32,000 bases of DNA from Ureaplasma parvum serovar 3 str. ATCC 27815 (GCF_000019345.1 NC_010503.1:600001-632000), one strand, 5' to 3'; numbered from the stretch's first letter, positions 1 through 13,691 are shown. Numbers and translations are program-made. Notes: a model not told the origin generated them from the sequence alone.

Positions 1-3000
1 ACCAATAATTGAATTTGAAGCGTTTTTATCAAAACTAAACACATAATCATGTGTATTTGTGCTAACTAATAATGGTTGAGTTTCAAAGGTTTCGTTATTA
101 TTTTGTGATTGATAAACTAATTTTAGTTTTTTAGCATTTAAATATGGATCAATTTTATTAAATTTAGCGTTAACTTTAATTTCTTCTTTATTTGATGCGT
201 AAGTATTTTTTATAGTTTTAATACTATTAATTTCAAAAATAGGTGTACTTGTTGTAAAAATAATTGAATGTGTTTGATCATTTGAATAAAACTGATCATT
301 ATATTTGTTATTAATATGTTTATAAGCATTATTTGGTTGTTGTTTAAATTCAACACTAACTAATATATATTTAGTATTTGGTTCTAAATTATTTAACGTA
401 AAGCTAAGTTTTGTTTGGTTATTTACATTCGCAACAACACCATTAGCTACAAAAGTCTTAGTTAAATCATCACCTTTAGCAAAATGACCTATAATTTGTG
501 AATTTGGTTTAAAAATATCACCATCATTTGTACTTATAGAACAATTAATATCAGCTGATGTTGAAGTAATATTTTTAACTTCATGTGAACTAATTGTTGT
601 TGCTGATGGATTTATAACTATTTTTTTATTTGTAATTGATGAATTAATTGGAATTTGATTTGTGTTTGTGCATGCAAAATCATTATTTTGGTCTGAGAAA
701 TAAATAGCTTGGATTTCATAAGCCTTATTAGCAATTAATTTGTCATGACCAATCTCCACACTAGCTTTATTATTAGTAATTTTAAAAGCACTACTAAATT
801 GGTCATCTTGTTTAAACTTATGACCACTTACACTATATTTAACACGAATGTACTTATTGTTTAATAAATTAGAACTTAATTCAATCGGTCAACTAATCTT
901 GGTGTTTTGATCATAATCAAGATCTTGTTTATTAATTGTAACTTTATTAACTTCACAATCTAAAGCAATTTTTTGATTTATATCTTGATTATTAGTACTT
1001 AAAAGAGCTAAAGGATGTTGGGTATCATTAATTTTAGCAAATGCGGCATGAATTGGTTTATTAGCAAAACTAATTTCAAAAATACCATAATCTTGATTTA
1101 AAGTTAAATTATCAATATCAAATTCACAATAGAATTGTTTATTTTGTTGATCATATTTAATTGTAATATTGTTAATTAAATTAGCATTTTGCGTTTGATT
1201 AAATAAAGCATATTTAACATTTAATAATTCTTTTGAGCAATCAGTTGAATTTAAAATACCATCAGGATCATTAATTATATATTTAACATGTGCACTAACA
1301 GATTGATTATCTTGAACTTTTGTAATTGTAATTGTTGGTTTTTGCACATCCATTTTATTTGGCGCTAACCCTAAAGCTAATGATAGATGATTTTCATTTA
1401 AATCTTTTTTAATTTCATTGTTTGCACCCTTGTTTTTAATTGCACAAATTTCACTCAACTCATATTGATGATTAGGTGTAATTTGTGATTTTAACAATTC
1501 AAATTCATAAACTTGATTTGAATTTGAATTAATGTTATTAGAGCTTTTAATTTCAATAGCTGGTTTGTTAGGATTTGTTTTATCTACAAATTTAGCATAA
1601 ATTTCATATCCTTCAAGTTCATGGCCTTCTTTATGTAAACCAACACTAAATTTAACATTTTCGTCTTTTGCACATTCATAAACTCCATTTACTAATTTAG
1701 AGTTTGATGCTAATTTAAAATCTTTAATGAAATTATGAGCAACCTTAGTTGTTAAATCTAGTTTTTCTAATTGTTTTTTAGTAGTTTCATTATATTGAAT
1801 TGGTGATGTTTTTACATTAGGTGAATGAACATGTGTTGTGCTAATAGCACCAATTTCATAAGTTGTATTTGGTGTTAAATCCTTTAATGTAACATTAATT
1901 TTATGATTTTTAACACTAACTTCACCAGCTTTTGAACTTGTTCAAGCTTGTTCACCTTTTTTGCGATATGTAATTGTAATTTGGTCATTATCAACTAAAT
2001 TATGATCTTGATCATCATAATCGAATGATAGATGGATTTCATCATACGTATTTGATCCACTTTGAATAACATTATTAACACTAATAGGTGTAGGTTCGAT
2101 ACTAAATTTAGCATCATCTTTATTAAAATTAGGTGTTAAATCAAGTGTATTAGCGTTTTTAAAATCAGCAGTATCACTAATGATTAACTTAACAAATTCA
2201 AAATCACGATTAGCAACTAAGCTAGTTTGATTATTATTAAAACTAAATTCTTTATTAAATGGTTTTGTAGTTGTATCTGAATTCAACAATACAGGATCTG
2301 ATTCAATTTGTTGGTTATTATTATCTTTATAAACTAATTTCGCATATTTGTTTTCTAAACTAGAACCTGTTTTATTAAAACCAACCATTAACTTAATTGA
2401 TTCATTCTTGTTAAAGTTTGTTTTTGTTGGTTTAACACTATTTAAAGTTGATTTTTCTAAAGTTTTTAAATCAATATTAGTATTATGATTATTAATTGGA
2501 TAAACTATATTGTCCTTATTAACGCCATTATAGATAGTATCACTTGGTTTGCTTGTGAACCAAACTTTTTTCACTCGATATTTAGTATTAGGTTTTAAAT
2601 TAATCAGTTGGGTTTTTAATAATCATTCATTATTTTCTTTTTCTAATGTTAAATCATAATCATGCGTTGTTGAATTAATTATTTGATCATGTGCATCAAG
2701 TTCATCAATACTGATTTTAGCGATTTTTAGATGGTTATTCTTATCTTCAAAAATTTGGTCATTTGAATGTAACAATAAACTTAAAGTGATTTTATTTTCA
2801 TCTGCATTTTGTGCTTTTAAATCAACATACGTACTTGATGGTTTAGTGCTTATTGTTTGTGGGTTTACATTATTTTTAATAACTACCATATTTGCATGAT
2901 TTTCATCAACATTAACATCTTTTGAATAGTATAAAGCAGCAAAAGTGTATAAACGATTTGAAATAAGTTGGTTTTGGTTTAATTCAAAATTTAAAGCAAT

Positions 3001-6000
3001 ATTATTTTTATTATTACCTATATTAGTTGGCGCAGGGATTGTATTAGTTCAAACGACACGATTATCATTACTAATATATTTTGCTTTAAAATGATATCCT
3101 TGAATTGTTTCAACTCGTGAATCTAAATTAATACTAATATTTTGTTTATTTGCTACATCAACATCAGTTAAGTTATTACTAAAACTTGCAATAGCAAATT
3201 TATTTGTAAATACGTATGTTTGTGTTGTATTAACACTAGCATCATAAACAACATTGTTTGGTTCTTTATAATCATTTTTAAAATTAATTTTATAAACACC
3301 ATTACCAACATCTTGGTTTTCATCAAAGTAGATTTTATAAACTTTATATTCTTTGTTAACTTTAATGTTATTAAGATTAGCAACAAAGAATTTTTGCCCA
3401 TCAATAATTTCTACTTTACCTTCATGTTCGCTAATCTCATTTAAATTAGCACCATTATTTTCATTTGGTTGAATATTAAACTTAAAGGTTTGATTTTCTT
3501 TTAAAACATCATCAAAATCATTGATAGCAAATTTTAGTTGTACTTTTGCACCATTATCACTAATTTCTTTAATTGGTGCACCAATAATCCCTAATGGTTT
3601 AGTTGGTAATAATTTAAAAGTTTTATTAAGATTTTCATATATTCATAGATCAATATAATCACTTTCACTAACGTTGCTTTGATTAAAATCTTTATTTTTA
3701 AGATAAACGACACGCTCTAAAGTGTATTCGCGATTACGTAATAAATCTTTAAATTCTCATTCATAATTTGCGTCATTTGCTGATGTAACTTTATGAATAA
3801 ATGAAATTTGCTTACCATCATTTTTACGTTTGAAAATAAATTTGATATCTTTATTAAATAAAGAAGCGCCAATGTTTTCGATTCGTAAATTTATTTTTAA
3901 ATCTGCTGTGTTTTTATTTTCATGATAAACAGGATCCATACTTAGACTTGTTATTTTAAAAACAGGGGCAAGAGTATAAAAACCAATTGGTCCTGATGGT
4001 AGTTCAAAAATGATAGGAGAAACATTCTTGGTTTTTTGATTCTTAATTGTAACACTCACAATTTCATAATCAAGACCAGCAATTAAATTAGTTGCCATAC
4101 ATTTTGTATATCTTTTATCTTGATCACTAATTGTAGCTGGGGTTGAAATAATATTTTGTGTTCCTTTAATACGATAATTGATATTAATTTCATCACCGCT
4201 ATGTAGTTGATTATCACTATCATCTAAAATTAATTTAATCAAGGCCTGGTTTTGTCATACATCAATAGCGTTTTTGCTAACTTTAATTTTTGCTGGCGTA
4301 GTACTAAAGCTTGAATTAACTAAAGAGGGATTTAAAGCTAAAATATTTTTTTGTTCATTAATAGCATCAAAATTTTGTTCATCACCATAAACAACTTTTA
4401 ATAAACGATAAAGGTGATTTGGTTTTAAATTACTAAAACTAAAATTTTGTAAACTAATTAAATTAGTTTGGTCTAATTTATTAACTAAAAGATCGTTTGT
4501 ACTTATTAGTTGGTGTTCATTGTCCTCAAATACTACTTTAACATATTTATTATTAAGCTTATTATTGTTCTTAATAATATTAATATTGAATTTAACATCA
4601 TATATGCCATTATTATTTTTTGGATAAGCATCTGCTAAATTACTAATTTCATTAACAATTGATTTTGATAATGTATGAATAGTTTTTTGATTATCTTCAA
4701 TATTGTTTAAAAGAATTTCATTATTATTGTTGTTATTAATATTAACATTAGCTAATTGTGGTTTTTGTTTTAAACTAACACTTGTTAAACGATAAGTATG
4801 ATCTGCTAATAAATTAGTAATTACCCCTGAAGCACTAAAACTATGTTCATCTTTTTTAACTAATGTTGTTTGTGTTTTTAAAACTGGTTGGTTTTTATCT
4901 ACTAAATTTTCAAAACATAATTCAACAAGCATTCCAGGTTCTAAAACTTGATCATCATTATTAATGTTAAAATCATAATTAAATTGATCTTCATCAACAT
5001 TGTGTGTTTTAAATTCTAATAGTTGGGTAGTTGAAGCTAAAGTACTAAAATCATAAGTTTTTGAATGCTCTTTTACAAAAATCTTCTTACCTTGGGTTTC
5101 ATCATTATTTTGATTTTGATCATTAAAATAATAAATTCCTGCAAAATTGTATTTACGATTAGGTGTTAAATGATTGAAATTTAAATTAATATGTGCTAAA
5201 TCAACATTATTTACACTAGCATAATCACTTCAAATTTTTTGGTGGTTATTATCAATATATAAAGCTCGTAAATATTGGTCTTTTAATAAGTTTTGACTAG
5301 ATTTTAATTCAACATCAATGCTTGCAGTAGGATTTAAATTTGTATTAGGTTGATTAACATTAATGTTGTTAACAAATAATTCGTTTGTAAAACTTAGAAT
5401 TTTACTTGGATTTGAACTAGCATCATAAATACTATTTTTATTAGAATTATTACTAATAGCATTGGCAGGTTGAATTTTATTTTTTGTTGCATAATTAATA
5501 TTATCAACAATGTATTTATGATTTGGTTGAATTTTAAATGTGTTAGTGTTTTCTACACTAAATTCAAGTGTTTTATTATTATTAGCGTCAACATTGATTT
5601 TACCAATAACATTATGAGTTGTTTTATCTTTTTCATCATGGAATGTAATTTCTAAAATACTATCTTGTTCTAAAAAATCATTAGGATCATTTATTTGAAG
5701 TTTTAAATTAATTTTATTTAAATTTGAATCTGGTTTGCGAACTAGTTTAGTATCTATTGTTAATTGCTCGTTAACTGATGCTGTTTTAAAAGTGTTTGTA
5801 ATTTTTTGATTATTTAAAAAACTAAATTTATAATCATTTTGATTAGGTTCAGTATAAATCAGTTTTTTAAATGAATAAATACGATTATGTTTTAAATCAT
5901 CTAAATTAAAATCATATTCATTAACACCATAATTTAAAACAACAAAGTTATTAGATACTAAATCATGTTCCCCATCGTTATACACAATTTTAGCTTTACA

Positions 6001-9000
6001 ATTATTTAAACTTGTTCCATCATTATTAATAACAATATGAACACTATTAGTTTTTACATTCGCATCTACTACATCACTTGCAGTAACACTAACTAAATCA
6101 AAACTTGCTTTTGGAGTACTAAAACCTGGTGTTTTTTGTGAATCAATTAATACATGATTATCATCACTATTATTAACATTAAAAGCACCTAATACTGGTT
6201 TTTGTCTAAATTTAACAGATTTGATCTGATAATTAACTTCTGGGCTTAAATTATTTGCATGAATTTTAACGCCTCACGTTTTTGTTATATCATCATATTC
6301 TAAATTAGATGTAAACATTAAATCATTTTTCGTATTATCTTTATTGCCAATAGTAACATCAATAACTTGATCTTTTGCAAAAATATCATCGGTTGACACT
6401 AATGGTAAATATAAATCCGCACTAGCAGGAGTGATGTTATTAATAGTTACTTTTGGTGAATTAAGATTGATTTTTGAAGCTGTTTGAATTTGTAAAGGTG
6501 TTATATTGTTCATATTAACCTTATTAGCTGATGTTATCTTAACAGTATTAACATCTTTGAAATAATATAACCCATCAAATTTATAAATACGGTTTGATTT
6601 TAATGCATTTTTGTCTGGTAAATTAAATTCATATTCATTATTAACATTATTAATTGAAACAGGATCAGATCAAACAACATCACCATTATTATCAATATAC
6701 TTTAGTTTTAAATAGTATTCATTCATTAAATTCAATGAACGTTTAAGGGTTAATTTAACTTTATAATTTAAAACATTTGTTTTTACATCTGTTATATTTG
6801 GCTCATAATTATAAGTATTAACTAATAATTCATTACCAAATTCACTCAATTGTGGTTGAGAATTATTTAACTCATAAACTTGTTCATGATTTTCATTTTG
6901 ATTAAAAGCAGCGTTGATTGGTTTATTAATCAACGTGATATTGTTAATATGATATTTATGGTTTAATGAAACATTAGGAACATCAAACTCTAAATTACGA
7001 TTCCCGTTTTGATCAATCACTATTTTTTGATTATCTGCATCAAAAAGATTATTAGGATCATCTAAATCACTAATTTTAATAGTAAATGAACTACCATCAC
7101 TGTCAACTAAGACATGATCATTATCAACTAATGGAATTGATAATCTAATACTATCATCAGTACGTTTAATTACTTGTAAACTATTATTTTTTAAACTAAT
7201 AATTCCTGTTGGTTCTGTTTTAAAACCATGACTTAAATCAGTGCTATTTTTTATCACCGCATCAGTGCTTTGTAAATCATTTTGATCTTGTGCATATATT
7301 AATTTAACAAATTTATAAACACGATTTGATAAAAAACCATTTGGTTTATTATTTGTTAATGTGAATTTATAGTTACTATTGCCAACATTTAATAATAAAG
7401 GTTGAGATAAACAAACTTCATTATCTTTACTAATATAAACTAATTGGGCTCAAACGTTATTTAATGTTTTATCTTTTTGTGAGAAAACAATTTTTACATT
7501 AACATCAAGTTTATTTTCATCTTTTTTAATTACTTCATTTGAACTAATTGATTCAATATATGTTCCAATTAATTTCGTACTAAATTGATTATGTTTTTGA
7601 TCAAAAGGGGCAAATACAACTTTTTGATACGCATCATTTGCTAAACCTAAGGCCTTTAATTCTAACAATTCATAATTATTATTAGATACTAAATTATTAA
7701 GTTCAAATTCTAACGTACCACTTTTGTTGGTTTTGTTAATTCCTTTAACATACCCTATTGTTTTATAAACTTGTTGATTATTCTTATTTAAATAAGTTAA
7801 TTCAACTGGGTTACCAATTCTTAATTTTTGATCTTGATCTACAAAATCAATTGCTATTCGTGCATCTTGTGATTTAATAATTTGTTTAGGATTGTTAACA
7901 TCAAAATTAACTATAGTAGCATGTGGAGTTGTACCAAAAATTAATGGAGTTTTAATTGGAGTTGAATAATGAATTTTATTGTTGTTTTCATCATTAAAAC
8001 CCAACAATAAATATTTACTATTGCCTTTTAAATTTTGCAAATGTGCTACATAATTTTTTTTCACTAAATCATAATTTAGGTTAGCAACTAAATCTGGTTC
8101 TAATGCGTTATTATTTTCATCTAATAAACGATAAGTAATTGTTTTGGGGTGCTTATTAGTTGTACTAATATTTAAATTTAATTTAGTTGCATTAGGATCA
8201 GTATCATATTGATGATAATCCTCTAATACCAATGTATTAGTAGAAAAAATTCTAAATGTATAACCAATAACTTGATCTTTAATAATATTGATTTTAGTTT
8301 GACTATGAGCTTCAGCGTTTAAATCAGTAAGATTTAAATTATTATTTTTAAAAACTAAATTTTTAATGTAATAAGCAGTATCTGTTTGTAAATGATTAAA
8401 ATCAAAAACTAAACTATTATTTTTATAATCAATTAAGCCATAAGCACTAACACAATGTTTTGGATCGTTTTTTAAAGCAAGTGTTAATTTTAATCGTTCA
8501 TTTAAAGCTAATTTATTAGGGTCATTAACTGTTAAAATTAAAGTTGTGGGTTTGTTTTGAATAACACTAGGATTTTTAACAATAATTTTACGGCCCAGAT
8601 CAACTTCATTATTTAATGTTTTAACTGAATTATCAACATCATCTGAACTAATAATTGTTTCTTTAGGAATGTGATATTCATCTTCTATGCTAATTGAATC
8701 AAAATGATAAATCTTATCTTTTGTAAAATTAGGGTTGTTTGATAGATCAATTTGTAGTTGGTGTTTATTATTAACAATTGCAGGAATTTTTATCAAATTA
8801 CCATCAACATCTTGGTAATTAACAAAAACGTCTTCGCCTTCTTCAACATTTTTTGGCACATCAAAAACTAATTGGTTATTAACAATTTTACCAATATTTA
8901 GTTTGTTAACAATAATTTGTTTTTGATCCAAATCAGCAACATTAATTACTTTTTGACCATCATATTTAAGAGCAATTAGTTGATATTTATGATGGTTAGG

Positions 9001-11358
9001 TAAAACCTCATCACTAGTTATAAATCGTGTTTGACCTAATGAATCAATAATAGTTTTTGCTTTAACATGATATTCTTTTTGATTTTCATCAATAAAAGTT
9101 GCATCTAATGAACGATTAAACAAATTCTTATCAAAAGTTAGTAGGTTTAAATTTTTATTTGCATCTTGTTTAATAATTGCAAGTGGTTTAATAATGCTAA
9201 TTCTGTTTAAAGGATTAATTTCGTTTGAATTTAATAAAATTTGCTCATGCTTGTTTTTATCAACAATATTTAACAATTGATAGTGGTGGTTTGCATCTAA
9301 ATCTTTTGTGTTAATACTTATTTTATTCTTATTTAAATCAACTTTAGTAGGAACAAAATAATCTTTATTATTTTCATCAATAAAATGAGCAACAGCATCT
9401 TGAGTTGTTATTTTATTTAAATTATCATTAATGTCAATAATTAAATTTCCTAAATCATCATAGGTGTATGTATTTAATTGTTGTAATTTATTTACATCGA
9501 CTTTTTCTAATAATCTATCTTTTCTATCTAAATCATTAACATTAACGATTGGTTGATTATTAACATTAGTAATTTTAGTCAATGTATAAGTGTGATTATT
9601 AGGTAGTAAATGATCATCATTTGTTCTTAAAATTAATTCTTGTTGATCATTTAATTTACCAGTTAATTGATAAGGATGATGATTTTCATCTTCAAAAGTT
9701 AAGACAACAGACTTATTAGCTAAATCAGGGTTTAAAAGTTGAATTTTATAATTATTATCTTCTAATGCCCCAACAATCGCAGCTGGTTTACTAAACTTTG
9801 TTTTTTGATTAATTGCAAGTTCATAATCATTTAAAACATTTGTTTCTGGCTCTTCTAAACTAATAACATGTTTTAGTTTATATGTATGATTTAAGTTTAA
9901 ATCAGAAGTGTTAATTACAATATTGCCATTTAGATCAACCTTTGTCAACACTTTATGTTCATTATTTTTTTCATCAATAAACACGGCTTCAACTTGATCA
10001 TTAGCGAATTGTTTAGAATCTACTTTAGCATTAAAAATTAAATTCCCTTTATCATCATAATGATATGGATCATTTAATGCATTAGTGTTTAATTTATTAA
10101 TAGTTTTAGCACTTTCATTTAAATCATCTAAGTTAGCAACGCGTTTTGCTGGAGAGGTATTATTAATGCTAATATTATCTAGTTTATATAAGTGTCCATC
10201 TTTTAAATTGTTTAAATCTACAGTAATTTCACCATTATTAACCTTAGCAATAATATTGGTTTTATCGTGGTTTTCGTTTTCAAAACTAAGTGTTAATAAT
10301 CGATCATTTAAACTTGAATCAACTTGAATATGAAGTGCTTTTTGTAAACCATTTTTATCAGTTTCAATTTTTATTTTATTTGGTTTATGGACAATATTTT
10401 GATGTGCCGCATCTAATTTATTAGGTTTTATAACATCATGATTATCCTTATCAACAATTTGAATTAGTTTATAATCATGGTGATTTTCTAAATCTTTTGT
10501 TAATAAACGCACAAGACCATCAGTACCAACTATTGCCTTTAAAGTGTGTAATTGGTGTTTTTCATCTTCAAATAAGGCATTAATATTTTGATTAGCTAAA
10601 TTTTGTGAAACACGTGCGTTAATAATAACGTTTCCTTGATCATCAAAACTGCGTGTTTTATCAATACCACGAATGGGTTCACTAATTTCATCTAAATTAA
10701 CAATTTTTGTGTTTTTATTATCTTCTTTTAAAGTTAAACCTACGAATTTATAAAAATTTCCTAAAGGTAGTTGTTTAGTTCCAACAATTACATTACCATT
10801 ATGATCAACCTGAATATTTTGAATATATTTAGCATTATTTTGATTAATAAAATGCGCAGTCAAATACTGATTACTCAATTCATGGTTTAATTTAATTTCA
10901 AAAAATTTATCGCCTTCTTTATTAAAATTAACTTTAAAGACATTAGGACGATCGACAAGTATTTTTTGTTGCCATACCAACTCATTATTATTGATTAATG
11001 TATTATTATTTTCATCAACAATACGATCTAAAACTCAAGAATTATTCAAACCTAAACTCGTTGTGTCAATTCGTGCTACTTCTTTATTTCTTGTAATTAA
11101 AACTGAAGTTTCCTTGCCTAATTTATCTTTAAAAATCGCATAAATCTTTTGGTTAATATCATTATCTCTTGTAAATAAACGAACCTTAATAATTAAATTA
11201 CCATCTTTTGTATATTCATAGTATTTACTAAAAATTTGATTGGAATGCTGATTTGCGAAACGTAATACAATTCCTGTAATTACACCAGCTCAAATTAAAG
11301 AACTAATTGTAAGTCCAGTAGCTATTTTGGCATTACGTTTTTTATTTTTATTATTCAT
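1..11358 (-). CDS. Giant membrane-anchored repeat surface protein, probably of the Ureaplasma DUF1410-type family; 3' end lies beyond the left edge
   Basis: All minus-strand track ORFs 889-1497, 1942-2574, 2623-2889, 3757-4242, 4255-4932, 5230-5985, 6274-6513, 6670-7257 and 7450-10980 are in one frame. I read most of the intervals between them and found only UGA (Trp), no in-frame UAA/UAG. Start ATG at 11358 follows AAAAAAGAGATGATTATTT (RBS-like). N-terminus MNNKNKKRNAKIATGLTISSLIWAGVITGIVLRFANQ has basic residues then a hydrophobic segment. Recurrent motifs such as 'FEDENH...LNxNHxYKLxxI' and 'LxPNxKYxxxxI' recur about every 100 aa. Confidence 0.93.
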
Positions 11359-11402
11359 AAATAATCATCTCTTTTTTATAAAATTTTCCTGTTTTTCAGT
11401 CT

Positions 11403-11420
11403 AAAAAAAAAAAAAAAAAA
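11403..11420. repeat. 18-bp homopolymer tract (A18 on +, T18 in the sense strand of the giant gene) in its upstream/5' UTR region
   Basis: Direct reading: 'ct' + 18 A + 'ctaattt', about 45 bp upstream of the start codon at 11358. Confidence 0.95.
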
Positions 11421-11455
11421 CTAATTTATTTTGTGTAAACTGTTAAACTACACAA

Positions 11456-11464
11456 ATTATACCA
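11456..11464 (-). promoter_or_regulatory. Putative extended -10 promoter (TGGTATAAT) for the giant gene
   Basis: The minus strand reads ...AAATGGTATAATTTGTG...: a perfect TATAAT with TGn extension, placing the T18 tract between the predicted TSS and the RBS. Confidence 0.6.
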
Positions 11465-11585
11465 TTTATCCGCTTGCTCTCTTGTTACAAAATACACAAA
11501 TAATGTAAGTTTTTACTATATTGAAAATATCTTTGGTTATAATTTAATTTGATAATAAATTTAAATTTTATGATAGGTTAAAAAT

Positions 11586-12719
11586 ATGAAAAAAAACACA
11601 CATAAGAAACTTTTGCCTTTAATTTCTATTTTTGTTTTAATCCCTTTGAGTTCACTTGTTGTAATGTGTTCAAAAACTAAAACAAAAATAGTAAAAGAAC
11701 AAAAGCAAATTACTGCTTCATCGTTAAGATCTACTGATATTGATTTAACATCAATTAACCTTGAAATCTATTTTGCTAAATTTGATGTTAATGATATTTT
11801 AGTTAAAAAATTCAGCATTGAATTAGAAGATGATAAGGGAAATAAGATAAATGTTGATATAAATCCCGAATATAACAAAAATTTACAAATGCTAAGTTTT
11901 AAATTAGAAAACTTAAAACCAAACACTACATATAAAATTACAAAGTTTAATATCACAGGACATGAGGTTGATCTAACTCAAATAAAAGATTCATTATTCA
12001 CTACTAAAGCTGAGAATCTTTTACCTGATATCCCTAATTTACCTAATAGTGTTGGTATTGAAATTAAAGATATTAAAACTAATTCACTTAGCAATGATGC
12101 AACAAAAGTGAATGTTAATGTCAATTTAGAAATTAACCAATCAACATTAGAAAATCAATATGCCCGATTAGTTTATAAAAGCAATGATAATTCTTGAAAG
12201 CTATCAAATACTTTAAAAATTGCTGAAATTAAAAATAGTAATTTTGTTTTAGATGGTTTAATATCAAACCGTAAATATCTTTTTAAAGAATTAATTATTG
12301 GAAGCCAAAGTGATTTAAATTTAACTAATGCGCAAACTAAAATAACTACTAATAATGAGCTAAGTTTCACTACAGCTCCAAAACCTGTTGAAATAAAAAG
12401 TGTTTTAATTGATACAAAATTTGATAATCATCCAAGTAGTTTAATTAATTTGAAGTTTAATGATAGTGAGAATAATTTAAAAGAAAATGATATTTTAAAA
12501 ATTAAATATAAAAAAGTAGGACCAAATGAAGTCATCTTTGAAAAAACAGTTCGATTAGCTAATAATTTTGAACTATTATTTGAAATTGAAAATACAAAAA
12601 AGAATGAAAAATATGAAATCTTAAGTTTAGAATCAAACACTAAACATGGATATAATGTTGCACCAAGTATATTTAATTTTATTTCTAATGATTTACGCAC
12701 TTTTGAAATCAAAGGTTAA
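11586..12719 (+). CDS. Lipoprotein (377 aa) with repeat modules resembling those of the divergent giant protein
   Basis: MKKNTHKKLLPLISIFVLIPLSSLVVMCSK is a signal peptide with a lipobox-like VVMC. Track ORFs 11586-12197 and 12450-12719 are in the same frame, joined across UGA (Trp). Motifs 'LENLKPNTTYKITKF' and 'LENQYARLVYKSNDNSW' parallel the giant protein. Stop TAA at 12717-12719. Confidence 0.9.
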
Positions 12720-12745
12720 TTTGAATAAAAATCTAGTTACTCATT

Positions 12746-12783
12746 AAAAAAACGGCACGGCGCCGTTTTTTTTTTTTTTTTTT
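12746..12783. terminator. Putative terminator, potentially bidirectional, between the convergent lipoprotein and rpsD genes
   Basis: A7-flanked AACGGC-ACGGC-GCCGTT hairpin followed by T18 on +; the A-tract on the left gives a shorter U-tract for the minus strand. Confidence 0.8.
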
Positions 12784-12817
12784 GATTGGTTAATTGCTTA
12801 TCTTGTAATATAAGTAA

Positions 12818-13426
12818 TTACATTAATCGGTTGTATCATTCAACAACGTAAGCTTCATTTACATCTGCTGGTAATTCATTACGTTCTGGTAAACGTGCTA
12901 ATTTTGCAACTTTTTTTTCTTTATCGATTAATTCAATAAAATCAGCTGGTTTGTTTAAAGTATTTTTAATTAAAGGTATTTCTAATGATTTAGCCTTAAG
13001 AGCAATTGTACTACCTACTTCAACTAGTGCTGAAGGGATGTTAACCTTTTTATTGTTAACCAAAACGTGTGAGTGATTTACTAATTGACGTGCAGCACGA
13101 CGTGTTGGAGCAAATCCAGCACGATAAACTAATGAATCTAAACGTGATTCAAGAACTTGTAATAAATTTAAAGTAAGTACGCCTGGACGGCCTAGTGCAA
13201 CTCTATATAAACGTCTAAATTGACGATCATTCAATCCATATAAAAACATTAACTTTTGTTTTTCAACTAATTGTTGGCCATAATTTGATAATTTAACTTT
13301 TTTATTACCGTGTTGTCCTGGACCGTATGTTCTTTTTTTACCAGAATTAAATTCTTTATTATTTTCTAATAAAGAAAATCCTAAACGGCGTGATTTTTTA
13401 TAAATACTACCTGTATAACGACTCAT
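12818..13426 (-). CDS. rpsD: 30S ribosomal protein S4 (202 aa)
   Basis: MSRYTGSIYKKSRRLGFSLL...KKRTYGPGQHG...LDSLVYRAGFAPTRRAARQLVNHSHVLVNNKKVNIPS is a classic S4 sequence. The track ORF ends at an in-frame UGA; readthrough adds W-YNRLM and a TAA at 12818-12820. Confidence 0.98.
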
Positions 13427-13691
13427 GATTATATTCTCCTCAAATTTATTTTAAGCATATAATCACAAAAATTTAGATTCTATAATTTTTTATTTAATTT
13501 TGATAGTTTCAGAGAAGTCAGCAACTTTCTTACTAATAAACATATTTTTTTAATATGAATTAAATAGGCAAATGATATATCTAATAAGCTGATTAATATG
13601 CTATTAACTATTATAATATATTTTGTGATTTAAAAAATACAAAATTATTTGATTATAATTTAATATACACCATCTATAAAGGAATTTGTTA

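Noticed and set aside
3168-3444. ORFs 3168-3404 (-) and 3220-3444 (+)
   Set aside because: The first is out of frame with the giant gene and the second is antisense to it; both have low-complexity composition and no RBS support.
5470-5655. ORF 5470-5655 (+)
   Set aside because: Antisense shadow of the giant ORF.
10085-10327. ORF 10085-10327 (+)
   Set aside because: Antisense shadow of the giant ORF.
1-11358. Interpretation of the nine minus-strand fragments as separate genes or a decayed pseudogene
   Set aside because: All share one frame, are separated only by UGA codons that this genome reads as Trp, and have no intervening RBS or terminator.
11768-12712. Minus-strand ORFs 11768-11956, 12173-12370 and 12428-12712
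   Set aside because: Antisense to the well-supported lipoprotein CDS; hydrophobic low-complexity translations typical of complementing AT-rich code.
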